NCBI GenBank assembly: GCA_963703345.1
Contig: OY969814.1
Span: 2,176,001 to 2,240,000, forward strand
Direction of reading: 5' to 3'
Source of the DNA: an uncultured Chloroflexia bacterium
Lineage (GTDB): Bacteria > Chloroflexota > Dehalococcoidia > DSTF01 > JALHUB01
DNA length: 64,000 nt
Shown here: positions 9,540 to 20,284 of the stretch, one piece after another
How the letters are laid out: each line of letters opens with the position of its first letter
Position numbering within the stretch: the first letter of the stretch is position 1
The notes under the pieces: model-generated
The model's input: only the letters and a program-made list of their open reading frames with translations
Told to the model about the DNA's origin: nothing
Databases searched by the model: none
Program-made: the position numbers and the translations under genes

Positions 9540-11091
9540 TGCCGTCGTCCTCCTCCCAGCGAACGCGACGCAGGCAGTCGTAGCGGCCGCGCAGCTCGGA
9601 GACGCTTCTCATACCGAGGCGCGCCAGCACGTCGACCATCCGCTCGCGCCAGGCGGAGTAGAGGTTGATGAGACGCTGTGTCGCCCAGTCTATCTGCACC
9701 TGCTGCATCAGCTCGCGGTCGGTCGTGGCGATGCCGCGGGCGCAGCCGCGACCGCTCTCGCAGTTGCCGCAGCGGATGCAGCCGAGGGCGACGAGCTCGG
9801 AGGTGGCAATGACGGCGCCGTCGGCACCCAAGGCGATGGCCTTCAGCACGTCGTCGGCCGTCCGGATGCCGCCGCTGGCGATAAGGACGACCTCGTCGCG
9901 CACGCCCTCGTCGACGAGGAAGCGATGCACCTTCGGGATGGCGTACTCGACGGGCATGGCGATGTTCTTCTTGGCGATATCGGGCGCGGCGCCGGTGCCA
10001 CCGTAGCTGCCGTCGATATGGATGATGTTGGCGCCGGCGTGGTAGCTGCCGACGGCCACCATATCGACGTCGGTCGGCGTCGAGACTTTGACCGACATCA
10101 GGGCGTGCGGGTTGATCTCCTTGATCCAGTCGAGGTGCTTCTTGTGGTCCTCGACGGAGTAAACGCTATGGAACGGGAAGGGCGAGAAGAGGGCGTTGCC
10201 GGCGACGGCCTGGCGCAGGCGGGCCACGTCCGGCGTATTCTTGTCGCCGAGGAGGTGGCCGCCGAGGCCGGGCTTGGCGCCCTGCGCGTACTTGAACTCG
10301 ACGATGCGCACTCGCTGGATCGTCTCCTCGCGCACGCCGAAAAGCCCCGTCGCCACCTGCGTGATGACGTGGTGATCGTAGGGTTGCAGGCGCTCCGGGT
10401 AGCCACCCTCGCCGGTGCAGGTGAAGGTGTTCCAGGCCGTGGCCGCGCGCGCCCGCGCAACCATGACATGGATGCTCACGGCGCCGAAGGACATGCCGCC
10501 GCCGTAAAACGGCAGGTCGATGCTGATCCTGGGACGGCCGTCTTTGCGACGGTTCAGCTCCAGGCTGGTGTCGACCTCATCGGGCGAGACGGCCTTCTCT
10601 AGAGACTGCGGGAAACGGAAGCGGAGGGCATCGAAGCCGCCGCCGGAAGCGCCGTGCCGGAACTCCAGGTCGCCGACGGCGGCGACGTGGCCGGTATCCG
10701 CCTGCCGCCAGGTCGCCATGAGGAGATCGGACGTCCAGCGCGGGTCGCCGATGGCATCGGCCGTCGGATTCGGGCCGACGGAGAGCGCCTTGTTCGGACA
10801 ATGGACGACGCAATAGTGGTCGGTCAGAGCGCATTTCGGGCCGATGCAGAGGAAATCGCGCGGACGCAGCGGCCGGTTGTAGCCAGCGGGCTTGACGTGG
10901 ACGCCGTAAGGGCATATCTCGACGCAGACGGCGCAGCCCTTGCAGTCGGCGCTGCGTCGCACCCGGTAGCGGCCGATGGGGTTTCGATAGCGGTCGGCTA
11001 TAGGCTGAACGACGCGTTCAACGTCGATGAGCGCGGGGCCATTGGGGCGATCGATGCCGGGCGCCAGGATAGGGTCAATAACTGATGTCAC
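9532..11091 (-). CDS. Glutamate synthase FMN-binding subunit with N-terminal ferredoxin domain
   Basis: CKGCAVCVEICP, GMSFGA, CTGEGG, QVATGLFGV, EFKYAQGAKPGLGGHL, SGGIRT and CIRCGNCESGRGC. Confidence 0.92.
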   Translation of the reverse strand: MTSVIDPILAPGIDRPNGPALIDVERVVQPIADRYRNPIGRYRVRRSADCKGCAVCVEICPYGVHVKPAGYNRPLRPRDFLCIGPKCALTDHYCVVHCPNKALSVGPNPTADAIGDPRWTSDLLMATWRQADTGHVAAVGDLEFRHGASGGGFDALRFRFPQSLEKAVSPDEVDTSLELNRRKDGRPRISIDLPFYGGGMSFGAVSIHVMVARARAATAWNTFTCTGEGGYPERLQPYDHHVITQVATGLFGVREETIQRVRIVEFKYAQGAKPGLGGHLLGDKNTPDVARLRQAVAGNALFSPFPFHSVYSVEDHKKHLDWIKEINPHALMSVKVSTPTDVDMVAVGSYHAGANIIHIDGSYGGTGAAPDIAKKNIAMPVEYAIPKVHRFLVDEGVRDEVVLIASGGIRTADDVLKAIALGADGAVIATSELVALGCIRCGNCESGRGCARGIATTDRELMQQVQIDWATQRLINLYSAWRERMVDVLARLGMRSVSELRGRYDCLRRVRWEEDDGND

Positions 11092-12451
11092 CGAACGCCT
11101 CCCGATCCAGGTCTTCCAGGAACATCGCCCGGCCCACCTCGCCGCGTAGACGGCGGACTTCGCGGATGCCCATGGCGCCGAGCACTTCGATTAGCTGTGA
11201 GTGCCAGGCGCCCATGAGGTTCACCATGCGCTGAGCGGCGTAGTCGGCTTCGACCTGCTGTATCTTCACCGGGCAGTTCGCGTCGTGGTCGCCTTCGTCG
11301 CAGACCTGGCAACCGAGGGCGACGAGCAGGGGAGCACCCACGGCCACCAGGTCGGCGCCGCAGATGATCGCCTTCGCCATGTGCTCCGGCAGGGCGATGC
11401 CGCCGCTGACAATGATGGTCATCTCGTCGCGTATGCCCTCTTGCACCAGGCGCCCGTGAGCTTCGCGCAGGGCGTCGCGCATGTAGCGCGGCTCCGGCGT
11501 CTCGACCTCGCGGCTGTGCTCGTCGGCGCAGAGGTGGACGACGCGAACGCCGGCCCGGCGCAATTGCAGCAGCCGCTCGCCGGCGTCGCGGGTGAACGGC
11601 GTTCTGACACCGATGACGAGTCGCGGATTCGCCTCGCGGGCCTGCCCGACGAAATGGCTAATGTCGTCGCAATCGCTGATCTCGACGAAGCGGGCACGAC
11701 GGAGCAGCTCGGCCCGCGAGCGCACCTCCTCGCCTTCCAGGAGCGGCGCCAGGTGGTCGAGGGCGACTCCGTCATCGATTTGCGAAGCGCGGGCGACGGC
11801 CAGCGTCCGCAGTGTTCCGGCGGCGCTCGTTCTGGCGGCCAGGAGGTTCTCGCCGTCGCGCCCCCAGGGCGGCATGTCGAGGATGAGCGGCAGCGGCAGC
11901 TCGAGAAGTTGCTCTTCGCTCTCCGAATCTCCGTTGGCTTCAAAGCGCAGGCGCAAGGGCTTCGGGCCCAGGTCGACTGAGGTGCTGATGTACTCGCGGC
12001 CGTGGATGCCGTCGCGCGTCGGGCGGACGATCTCCGACATGTCGGTCCACATAGAGTCGAAGCCGGGCCCGCAGAAGGGACCGCGATAGCCGGCGCCGGA
12101 AACCGGTATGCGTCCGCTGTCGGCCTGGTCCCAGGTAGTCAGGATCATCTTCCGGTCCCAGTAGCGGCCGCCGAGGGTGAGGTAGTAGGGATTGACGGAG
12201 AGGGAAAGGATGCCCTTCGTGCAGTTCTGGACACAAGACAGGCAGGCGCGGCAGTCGAACGCCGGCTCCAGGGGCGCCGCGGGATCGCGGTCGTGGGCGC
12301 GCTCGAGCGGCCAGATGCCGCTAACGCAGGCGTTTTTGACGCAGTTGCGGCAGCGGGCGCAGTCTTCCCGCCAGTCGACAATGCTGTACTTGCCGATCCG
12401 TGGGAAACGGGCCGCGATTGGCGCTACCGGGACGTGGTAGCGTTCCGGCAA
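11075..12451 (-). CDS. Second, divergent glutamate-synthase FMN-barrel-like protein with 4Fe-4S domain
   Basis: CARCRNCVKNAC and CRACLSCVQNC; GAGYRGPF; SGGIALPEHMAKAIICGAD; LGAMGIREVRRLRG. Confidence 0.8.
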   Translation of the reverse strand: MPERYHVPVAPIAARFPRIGKYSIVDWREDCARCRNCVKNACVSGIWPLERAHDRDPAAPLEPAFDCRACLSCVQNCTKGILSLSVNPYYLTLGGRYWDRKMILTTWDQADSGRIPVSGAGYRGPFCGPGFDSMWTDMSEIVRPTRDGIHGREYISTSVDLGPKPLRLRFEANGDSESEEQLLELPLPLILDMPPWGRDGENLLAARTSAAGTLRTLAVARASQIDDGVALDHLAPLLEGEEVRSRAELLRRARFVEISDCDDISHFVGQAREANPRLVIGVRTPFTRDAGERLLQLRRAGVRVVHLCADEHSREVETPEPRYMRDALREAHGRLVQEGIRDEMTIIVSGGIALPEHMAKAIICGADLVAVGAPLLVALGCQVCDEGDHDANCPVKIQQVEADYAAQRMVNLMGAWHSQLIEVLGAMGIREVRRLRGEVGRAMFLEDLDREAFGDISY

Positions 12452-12534
12452 GACTCCCTCCTGCTTACTTATTGCTGCCTGGACTACCGGCGACCGGTAA
12501 CCGGTTGCCGCCTGCCAGCATTTTGAACAAAGCT

Positions 12535-12563
12535 AGCATACCGTCTCCGGCAGCGGCTGTCAA
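12535..12563 (-). promoter_or_regulatory. Sigma70-type promoter for the glutamate synthase operon
   Basis: Minus strand TTGACA-17 nt-TATGCT, about 85 nt upstream of the start at 12451. Confidence 0.75.
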
Positions 12564-12670
12564 GGCGAAGGGCGGCCTGACCTGCCGCCCGCCCCTCGAC
12601 ATGAGGCGCCAAAACGGACTCTGTACTATCATGTCCCTGCATTCCGAATTGCGCAACAGGAGGAGAAGAG

Positions 12671-13885
12671 ATGCGAGACGCGGTAGTTTGCAGCCCCGTG
12701 CGTACTCCTGTCGGCCGCTACGGCGGCGCTTTGAAGGATATCGACCCGGAGACGCTGGCGTCGATAGTCGTCGAAGCGGTGCTGGAGCGGACGAAGATCG
12801 ACCCGGCGGTGATCGGCGACAGCATCTTCGGCCATAGCTATCCCAACGGCGAGACGCCGGCGATGGGTCGCCTCGCCGTGCTGCACGCCGGCCTTCCCGT
12901 GGAGGTGCCGGGCTTCCAGCTCGACAGGCGATGCGGCTCCGGCCTCCTGGCGGTCTGTCTGGCGGCCATGGAGGTGCAAACGGGCGTCGCGGACGTCGTG
13001 CTCGCCGGCGGCGTGGAGAGCATGAGCCAGGCGGAGTTCTACGTCACCGGCATCCGCTTCGGGCCCAATCGCGGCCATCAGCAACTCCTCGACCGGCTGG
13101 ATAGGGGCCGCGTGACCGCCGGGACTTTCCGCTACCCGGTGGACGGCGGAATGATCGAGACGGCGGAGAACCTGCGCAAGCAGTACAACATCCCCCGCCA
13201 GGAGCAGGACGAGTATTCGCTGCGCTCGCATCAGAAGGCCTGCGCCGCCTGGGACGCGGGACGCTTCGACGCAGAGACGGTGCCGGTGTCGGTGCCGCAG
13301 AGGAAGGGCGAGCCGACGCTGTTCGCCCGCGACGAGCATCCGCGCGCGGACACGACGCTGGAGAAGCTGGCGTCGCTGCGGCCCATTCGCCTCAAGTTCG
13401 ACCCGGAGTCGACGGTAACGGCCGGCAACGCCAGCGGCGAGAACGACGCGGCGGCGGGCTGCTTGATCACGACGCCCGAGAAGGCGGCGGAGCTGGGCCT
13501 CAAGCCGATGGGGAAGCTGCTCTCCTGGGCGTCGGCGGGCGTGCACCCGGCGTATATGGGCATCGGACCGGTGCCGGCGTCGAAGAAGGCGCTGGCGCAC
13601 GCCGGGCTGGAGCTGAAGGACATGGACCTCATCGAGCTAAACGAGGCGTTCGCCGCCCAGGTGCTGGCGGTGACGCGCGAGTGGGGTTTCACGGAGCGCG
13701 ATTTCGACCGGACGAACGTGAACGGCTCCGGCATCTCCATCGGCCACCCCATCGCAGCCACGGGCGTGCGCATTCTGGCGACGCTGCTGTACGAGATGGA
13801 GCGTCGCGGGGCGCGCTACGGCCTGGAGACGATGTGCTGCGGCGGCGGCCAGGGGATGGCGGCCGTGTTCGAGAGGATGCCGTAG
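12671..13885 (+). CDS. Acetyl-CoA C-acyltransferase (thiolase)
   Basis: RTPVG, RRCGSG (catalytic Cys), GGVESMS, NEAFA, GHP and CCGGGQG. RBS AGGAGGAG. Confidence 0.95.
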   Translation: MRDAVVCSPVRTPVGRYGGALKDIDPETLASIVVEAVLERTKIDPAVIGDSIFGHSYPNGETPAMGRLAVLHAGLPVEVPGFQLDRRCGSGLLAVCLAAMEVQTGVADVVLAGGVESMSQAEFYVTGIRFGPNRGHQQLLDRLDRGRVTAGTFRYPVDGGMIETAENLRKQYNIPRQEQDEYSLRSHQKACAAWDAGRFDAETVPVSVPQRKGEPTLFARDEHPRADTTLEKLASLRPIRLKFDPESTVTAGNASGENDAAAGCLITTPEKAAELGLKPMGKLLSWASAGVHPAYMGIGPVPASKKALAHAGLELKDMDLIELNEAFAAQVLAVTREWGFTERDFDRTNVNGSGISIGHPIAATGVRILATLLYEMERRGARYGLETMCCGGGQGMAAVFERMP

Positions 13886-14133
13886 GCTTTCCAGGACGGT
13901 CGCGCATGCGCGAGGCGAAGCCGAGCGCCGGAACCACGCTGCTACCGCTTACCGCGCGTCATGTTACGTCGACCACCATCGATCGCGCGAGACGGCAGTG
14001 CAGCGTGCGCTGATCGCGCTCGGGTTGCGCGACTCGCTTCGCTCGTCGCGCCGCCGCCACCACGCAGTGTCTCGCAACAAACGCCTTCGCCACGTGCGAT
14101 AATGAGGGCAGAGACCGAGTCGGAGGAGCGAGG

Positions 14134-14820
14134 ATGGCTCAACCTCTGGTTGCCCTCGTCGGCGGCGACGAGTTTCGCCCCCAGGACGACGATCTCGACA
14201 GGTACTTGCTCGAGCGGCTGGAACGGGACGTGCCCCGCGTCGCCATACTGCCCACCGCCGCCAGGGATGCGCCCCGCCTTGCCGCTGAGCACGGCGTCCG
14301 CCACTTCCAGAGCCTCGGCGCCGAGGCAATCGCCGTCATGGCCGTCGACAAGCGGTCGGCAAACGACGAGCGGCTGGTGGCGGAACTCGACGGCATCGAC
14401 CTCGTCTACCTGGCCGGCGGCGACCCGCTCTTCCTCCTCGAAACGCTGCGGGGTTCGCACCTCTGGCAACGCCTGTCCAGCGCCCGGCCCGAGGGATGCG
14501 CCCTGGCCGGCTCCAGCGCCGGCGCGATGGTGCTGGGCGAGGCGATGGGCTACCAGGGGAAGTGGACGGAAGCTCTCGGCCTGCTGCCGGGCATCTGCGC
14601 CCTGCCGCACTTCCAGGAATGGGGCGCGGAGGCGCTGCCGAGATTGGAGAAATCGTCGGCGAAGGGCGGCCTCACACTGCTCGGCATCGACGGCGCGACC
14701 GGCTGCGTCGGCTGGGGCGGCGAATGGGACGTTCGGGGACCGGGCGCCGTGACCGTCATCCGTCGGGGCGCATCTAAAGTGTTCCGCAGCGGTGCCCACA
14801 TCTCGCTGGGCGGCGGCTAG
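14134..14820 (+). CDS. Peptidase S51 / cyanophycinase-like class I GATase-fold protein
   Basis: ILPTA, YLAGGD, GSSAGAM (nucleophile Ser), LPH and LGID. Confidence 0.8.
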   Translation: MAQPLVALVGGDEFRPQDDDLDRYLLERLERDVPRVAILPTAARDAPRLAAEHGVRHFQSLGAEAIAVMAVDKRSANDERLVAELDGIDLVYLAGGDPLFLLETLRGSHLWQRLSSARPEGCALAGSSAGAMVLGEAMGYQGKWTEALGLLPGICALPHFQEWGAEALPRLEKSSAKGGLTLLGIDGATGCVGWGGEWDVRGPGAVTVIRRGASKVFRSGAHISLGGG

Positions 14821-16208
14821 AGGTCGTAGGCCGTCTCCGGCTCCACGATCGTCGCTTTTCGGCCCAGCTCCTCGCGGACGATGCCCGCCAGCTTCTCGAG
14901 CGCCTCCGGCTCGCCGTGCACGAGCATCACTTGCCCGTCGCCGCTGGTGCGTAGCCAGTTGACGATGCCGCGCTGGTCGGCATGAGCGCTGAGCCCGTTG
15001 ATCGTGTAGACGCGGGCGCGTACCGCCACTTCCTCGCCGAAGATCTTGACGGAGCGGGCGCCATCGACGATTGCCCGGCCCGGCGTGCCGATGGCCTGGT
15101 AGCCGACGAAGATGACGGAGCAGTCCGGCCGCCAGAGGTTGTGGCGCAGGTGGTGGATTATGCGACCGCCGTTCGCCATGCCGCTGCCGGCGACGATGAT
15201 GCTACCGGACTGCCAGCGATTGATAGCGCGGGAGTCCTCTGTGCTCGGCGTGAACTCCACGCCCGGGAACTCGAACGGCTCTTCGCCCCTGTCCAACCCG
15301 GCCAGAAGCTCCGGGTTAAGCGCTCTGAGGTGCCGCTCATACGCCTCGGTGATGCTTATAGCCAGCGGGCTGTCGAGGAAGATGCGGCAGTTGGGGCCAA
15401 TCTCACCGGCGTCCCACATCTGGTGCAGATAGAAGAGCACGTCCTGCGAGCGCTCCAGGGCGAAGGACGGGATCACGACGTTCCCGCCGCGCTCTATAGC
15501 CTGCTTGACGGCGGCGATGAACTCCAGTCGCGACTCCTCGACCGGCCGGTGCAGGCGGTCGCCGTAGGTGGACTCGCTGACGATGGCGTCGCAGGGAGGG
15601 CACTGCGCCGGGTCGGGCATGACCTCGCGGCCGCGATAGCCCAGGTCGCCGCTGAAGATGACGCGCTTCGAGCTGCCGTTGCGCCGCTCCTCGATCTCGA
15701 CGAAGGCGGAGCCGAGGATGTGGCCCGCGTTGCGCATCGTCAGCAACAGACCGTCGCTGACGGACAGCGGCGTGTCGTAGGCGACCGGCGGCGCGAACTT
15801 GTCGACGGCAAGCAGGGCGTCGTTGACGGCGTAGGGCGGCGGCAGTATCTCCTCGCCCTGGCGGGCTGCTTTCCGCCTGCGATGGCCGTACTCCTCGTAC
15901 ATCACGTGGGCGGCGTCCATCAGGATAAGCCGTCCTATCTCCCGCGATTCCGCCGTCGCGTAGATGGGGCCGTGGAATCCCGCCTTGACCAGCGACGGCA
16001 GGCGGCCGATGTGGTCGAGATGGCAGTGCGTCAGGACGACGGCGTCGATGCTGCGGGGATCGAAGGTGAACGGCTCGGCGCTCCGGGCGTAGGAGTGGTC
16101 ACCACCCTGGAACTGGCCGCAATCGATGAGTATGCGCTTTCCGCCCGCTTCGAGCAGATGGCAGGAGCCGGTTACTTCGCGCGCCGCGCCGTGAGAAGTT
16201 AGTCGCAT
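14817..16208 (-). CDS. Metallo-beta-lactamase beta-CASP ribonuclease family protein
   Basis: GAAREVTGSCH, THCHLDH, AGHILGSA, FSGDLG, ESTYG and LSAHAD. Start MRLTSHG at 16208. Confidence 0.92.
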   Translation of the reverse strand: MRLTSHGAAREVTGSCHLLEAGGKRILIDCGQFQGGDHSYARSAEPFTFDPRSIDAVVLTHCHLDHIGRLPSLVKAGFHGPIYATAESREIGRLILMDAAHVMYEEYGHRRRKAARQGEEILPPPYAVNDALLAVDKFAPPVAYDTPLSVSDGLLLTMRNAGHILGSAFVEIEERRNGSSKRVIFSGDLGYRGREVMPDPAQCPPCDAIVSESTYGDRLHRPVEESRLEFIAAVKQAIERGGNVVIPSFALERSQDVLFYLHQMWDAGEIGPNCRIFLDSPLAISITEAYERHLRALNPELLAGLDRGEEPFEFPGVEFTPSTEDSRAINRWQSGSIIVAGSGMANGGRIIHHLRHNLWRPDCSVIFVGYQAIGTPGRAIVDGARSVKIFGEEVAVRARVYTINGLSAHADQRGIVNWLRTSGDGQVMLVHGEPEALEKLAGIVREELGRKATIVEPETAYDL

Positions 16209-16218
16209 TAGTCTTCCT

Positions 16219-16899
16219 CTAGGTCGGGACCTTCGTCCGCCCCTTCGCGCGCTGCCACTGGTCGATCTTGGCGACGACGCCTGCCGGGTCATCGGCAAGC
16301 GACAGAAAGTCGAGATCTGCCGCGTCGATGTAGCCGCGCCCGAGGGTGTTCTGCCTCAGCCATTCCACAAGGCCTTCCCAGTAGTCCCTGCACATGAGGA
16401 AGACGGGGAAGGGGCGGATCTTCCGCGTGTGGATCAGAGTGATGGTCTCGAACAGCTCGTCGAGGGTGCCAAAGCCGCCGGGCATCAGCACGAAGGCGGT
16501 GGCGTACTTGACGAGCATGACCTTGCGCACGAAGAAGTGATGGAAGTCAATGGAGACGGTGTGGTACTGGTTCGAAGGCTGTTCCTTCGGCAGGGCGATG
16601 GTCAGGCCGACCGAGACGCCGCCGGCTTCGAAGGCGCCCTTGTTCGCCGCCTCCATGATGCCCGGGCCGCCGCCCGTGATGACGGCGTATCCCGCCTCCG
16701 CCAGCCGACGCCCCAGGTCTTCCGCCAGCGCGAACAGCGGATCGTTTCGCGGGATTCGCGCCGAGCCGTAGACGGTCACGGCGGGCGTGAGTCCCGCAAG
16801 CGTGTCGAACCCTTCGATGAACTCGCTCATGATGCGGAACATCCGCCAGGCTTCTTCCTTGCGGAGCTCGTTTATTATGTACTTGTCGCCCTGAGTCAT
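16219..16899 (-). CDS. LOG family / TIGR00730-type Rossmann-fold nucleotide phosphoribohydrolase
   Basis: VYGSAR, ITGGGPGIMEAANKGA, FFVRK and PGGFGTLDE. Confidence 0.92.
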   Translation of the reverse strand: MTQGDKYIINELRKEEAWRMFRIMSEFIEGFDTLAGLTPAVTVYGSARIPRNDPLFALAEDLGRRLAEAGYAVITGGGPGIMEAANKGAFEAGGVSVGLTIALPKEQPSNQYHTVSIDFHHFFVRKVMLVKYATAFVLMPGGFGTLDELFETITLIHTRKIRPFPVFLMCRDYWEGLVEWLRQNTLGRGYIDAADLDFLSLADDPAGVVAKIDQWQRAKGRTKVPT

Positions 16900-17137
16900 T
16901 TGCTTCTCCGGACGTATCATCGGCAGAGGCCGCGAATACAGTAGCACGGCGACGCGACATGAGCCAACGCCGGCCGCGCGAGGGGCTGAGACGGCTTCGC
17001 GGGCGGCCACGAGGTGCGGATGGAGACTGGTGCGACGTGGCCTGCCACTTGCCGACCACATGCTGAATGTCAGACAGGGCCGCAAAAACGTCAAGCGGGC
17101 GACGATGAGTCGGAGCGTCGCGCGTCGCGACATCGCT

Positions 17138-18256
<1,119 letters not shown>

Positions 18257-18361
18257 TTATGCGATGCGCTTTTATAGTGCATCGGGGCGCGCGAGAGGGT
18301 CAAGCGCGGAGCCGTCGATGCGACTCGCACGAGCAGGCGGTGCTATACTGAGAGCACTCCC

Positions 18362-19282
18362 TTGAACACACGAGCACTCGCCATATTAGTCGCGCTCGGC
18401 ATCGTCTGGGGCGCCTCTTTCCTGTTCATCAAGGTGATTGTGGAGGAAACGGCGCCGCTAACGCTCGTCGCCGGCCGGCTGACGCTGGGCGCGATCCCCT
18501 TGCTGGTGGTCATCGCGGTGCGGCGCCCGTCGATCGTCGAGCCGCGGACAGTCCTGCCCAAGGCGCTGGTGACCGCCGTCTTCGCGACCGCGCTGCCTTT
18601 CTTCCTCATCGCCAGCGGGGAGCAGCACATCGCCAGCGGCGTCGCGGCGATCCTGAACTCGACGATGCCGCTCTGGACCGCCGTGTTCACCGCGCTCTTC
18701 CTTCCTCACGAGCGCCTGGGGCGAAACGCGATGTGGGGGCTGGCCCTGGGCTTCGGCGGCGTGCTCGTCCTCAGCAGCCCCGACCTCCGGCACCTGACCG
18801 ACAGCAGCTTCCTGGGCCAGTTGGCGGTGCTGGCGGCGGCGCTGTCTTACGGGTCGGCGCTCGTCTTCGCGCGCGGGACGCTGGCGCGAGAGGACCCGGT
18901 GCTTGTGGCGACGCTACAGGTTGGGCTGGGCGCCATTCTGGTGTGGCCGCTTGTTTTCGCGGTGTCCGGCGGCGCCCCGAATCTCGACCTCAGCCTGAAG
19001 GCGTGGCTGGCCCTGCTGACTCTAGGCATGTTGGGGACGGGCATCGCCTACATCGCCTACTACTGGCTGATGGTGAACATCGGCGTGCTGGTGTCAGCGG
19101 TCACCTACTTCCCACCGGTAATCGGGCTCCTCCTCGGCTGGCTCGTCCTCAGCGAGTCGCTGGGCGTCAACGTCCTCGCCGGCGCGGCGCTGATCATCCT
19201 CGGCGTGGCGGTGCTTAGCGGCCGGCTGGAGGTGGCGCTGCGGGCCCTCGGCGGAAGCGAGCGACGGGCGACGGTGGACTGA
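18362..19282 (+). CDS. DMT/EamA family transporter
   Basis: WGASFLFIK, SGVAAILNSTMPLWT and GTGIAY; about ten TM helices. Confidence 0.9.
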   Translation: MNTRALAILVALGIVWGASFLFIKVIVEETAPLTLVAGRLTLGAIPLLVVIAVRRPSIVEPRTVLPKALVTAVFATALPFFLIASGEQHIASGVAAILNSTMPLWTAVFTALFLPHERLGRNAMWGLALGFGGVLVLSSPDLRHLTDSSFLGQLAVLAAALSYGSALVFARGTLAREDPVLVATLQVGLGAILVWPLVFAVSGGAPNLDLSLKAWLALLTLGMLGTGIAYIAYYWLMVNIGVLVSAVTYFPPVIGLLLGWLVLSESLGVNVLAGAALIILGVAVLSGRLEVALRALGGSERRATVD

Positions 19283-19361
19283 CCAAGGCGAACGTTGTAA
19301 TTCGTTGTGCCGCGCCGTAAGATGGGCGCTAACGGCCGGACTCGACTCAAGGAGGAGCAAA

Positions 19362-19946
19362 ATGGACGGTCATCAAGCAACCCTCTCGGTGGCGCCCCAA
19401 GCCGCGACGCGAAATCGTCTGACGGTCAGTTTCCGAATCATCCTGGCGATACCGCACATCCTGCTCGTCGGCGGGTACGGCCGCGACGGCGTCCTTGGGG
19501 CGGTCGCCTGGGTCGCAGCGGTCATCAACTGGTTCATAATCGTCTTCACCGGCAAGGCGAACAAGGACCTGATCGGGCTTGAGCAGTTCTACCTGCGCTG
19601 GCGGGCTCGCGTCCTACCGTATGAATCGCTGCTGAGGGACGAATACCCGCCGTTCGGCGATGGCGAGTACCCGGTGGAGGCGGATTTCCCGATGGTGCTG
19701 GAGGACAGGAACCGCTGGACAGTCGGCTTCCGAATCATCCTTCTCATCCCGCAGGTCATCGTCCTTGCTGTCGTAGAGATCGCCTGGCTGGTGACCGCGG
19801 TCATCGGCTGGTTCGCGACGCTGTTCAGCGGTCGCTACCCGGACGGGTTATGGGAGTTCGGCGAGGGCGTGATACGCTGGGTCCTGCGGGTCGAAAGCTA
19901 CGCGCTGCTGCTGCACGACGAATATCCGCCGTTCAGCCTGCAGTAG
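19362..19946 (+). CDS. DUF4389-type membrane protein
   Basis: Internally duplicated RNRLTVSFR.IL.IP...DEYPPF unit. RBS AGGAGG. Confidence 0.8.
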   Translation: MDGHQATLSVAPQAATRNRLTVSFRIILAIPHILLVGGYGRDGVLGAVAWVAAVINWFIIVFTGKANKDLIGLEQFYLRWRARVLPYESLLRDEYPPFGDGEYPVEADFPMVLEDRNRWTVGFRIILLIPQVIVLAVVEIAWLVTAVIGWFATLFSGRYPDGLWEFGEGVIRWVLRVESYALLLHDEYPPFSLQ

Positions 19947-19954
19947 CGCGGGGA

Positions 19955-20200
19955 CTATTCGCGACCAAGCTTGCGGGCGAGCGCCTCGTTCGACGGCTCA
20001 GCGAGGAAGGAGCCGTCGGCGAAGATGAGGGTTGGGATCACTTCCATCCCCGCGTTCCGGCGCCGCACCACCGCCTTCTCCTCCGGGCGCTCGTCGAGAT
20101 CGATCCACTCGAATGGTATCTGCCGATCTTTGAGGAAACGAAGCGTGCGCCGACAATCGTGGCACCAGAGCGCGCCGTAGACCCTTATCGATTGCTCCAT
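19955..20200 (-). CDS. Glutaredoxin / mycoredoxin-like (NrdH-like) protein
   Basis: YGALWCHDC (CxxC), cis-Pro IPT and DGSFLAEPS. RBS GGAGG. Confidence 0.85.
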   Translation of the reverse strand: MEQSIRVYGALWCHDCRRTLRFLKDRQIPFEWIDLDERPEEKAVVRRRNAGMEVIPTLIFADGSFLAEPSNEALARKLGRE

Positions 20201-20284
20201 CTGCCTCCTCCCTGAATAGTGTACGCTGCCGTCGGCGCGCGCCTCAAGCGGGCGCGGCTGCGGGCGATGCTGTAGAATCGCGCC

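Noticed and set aside
13886-14133. GC-rich palindromic intergenic stretch as ncRNA or REP
   Set aside because: No second copy recognised in the window and no known RNA motif; short CGCG palindromes are expected at this GC content.
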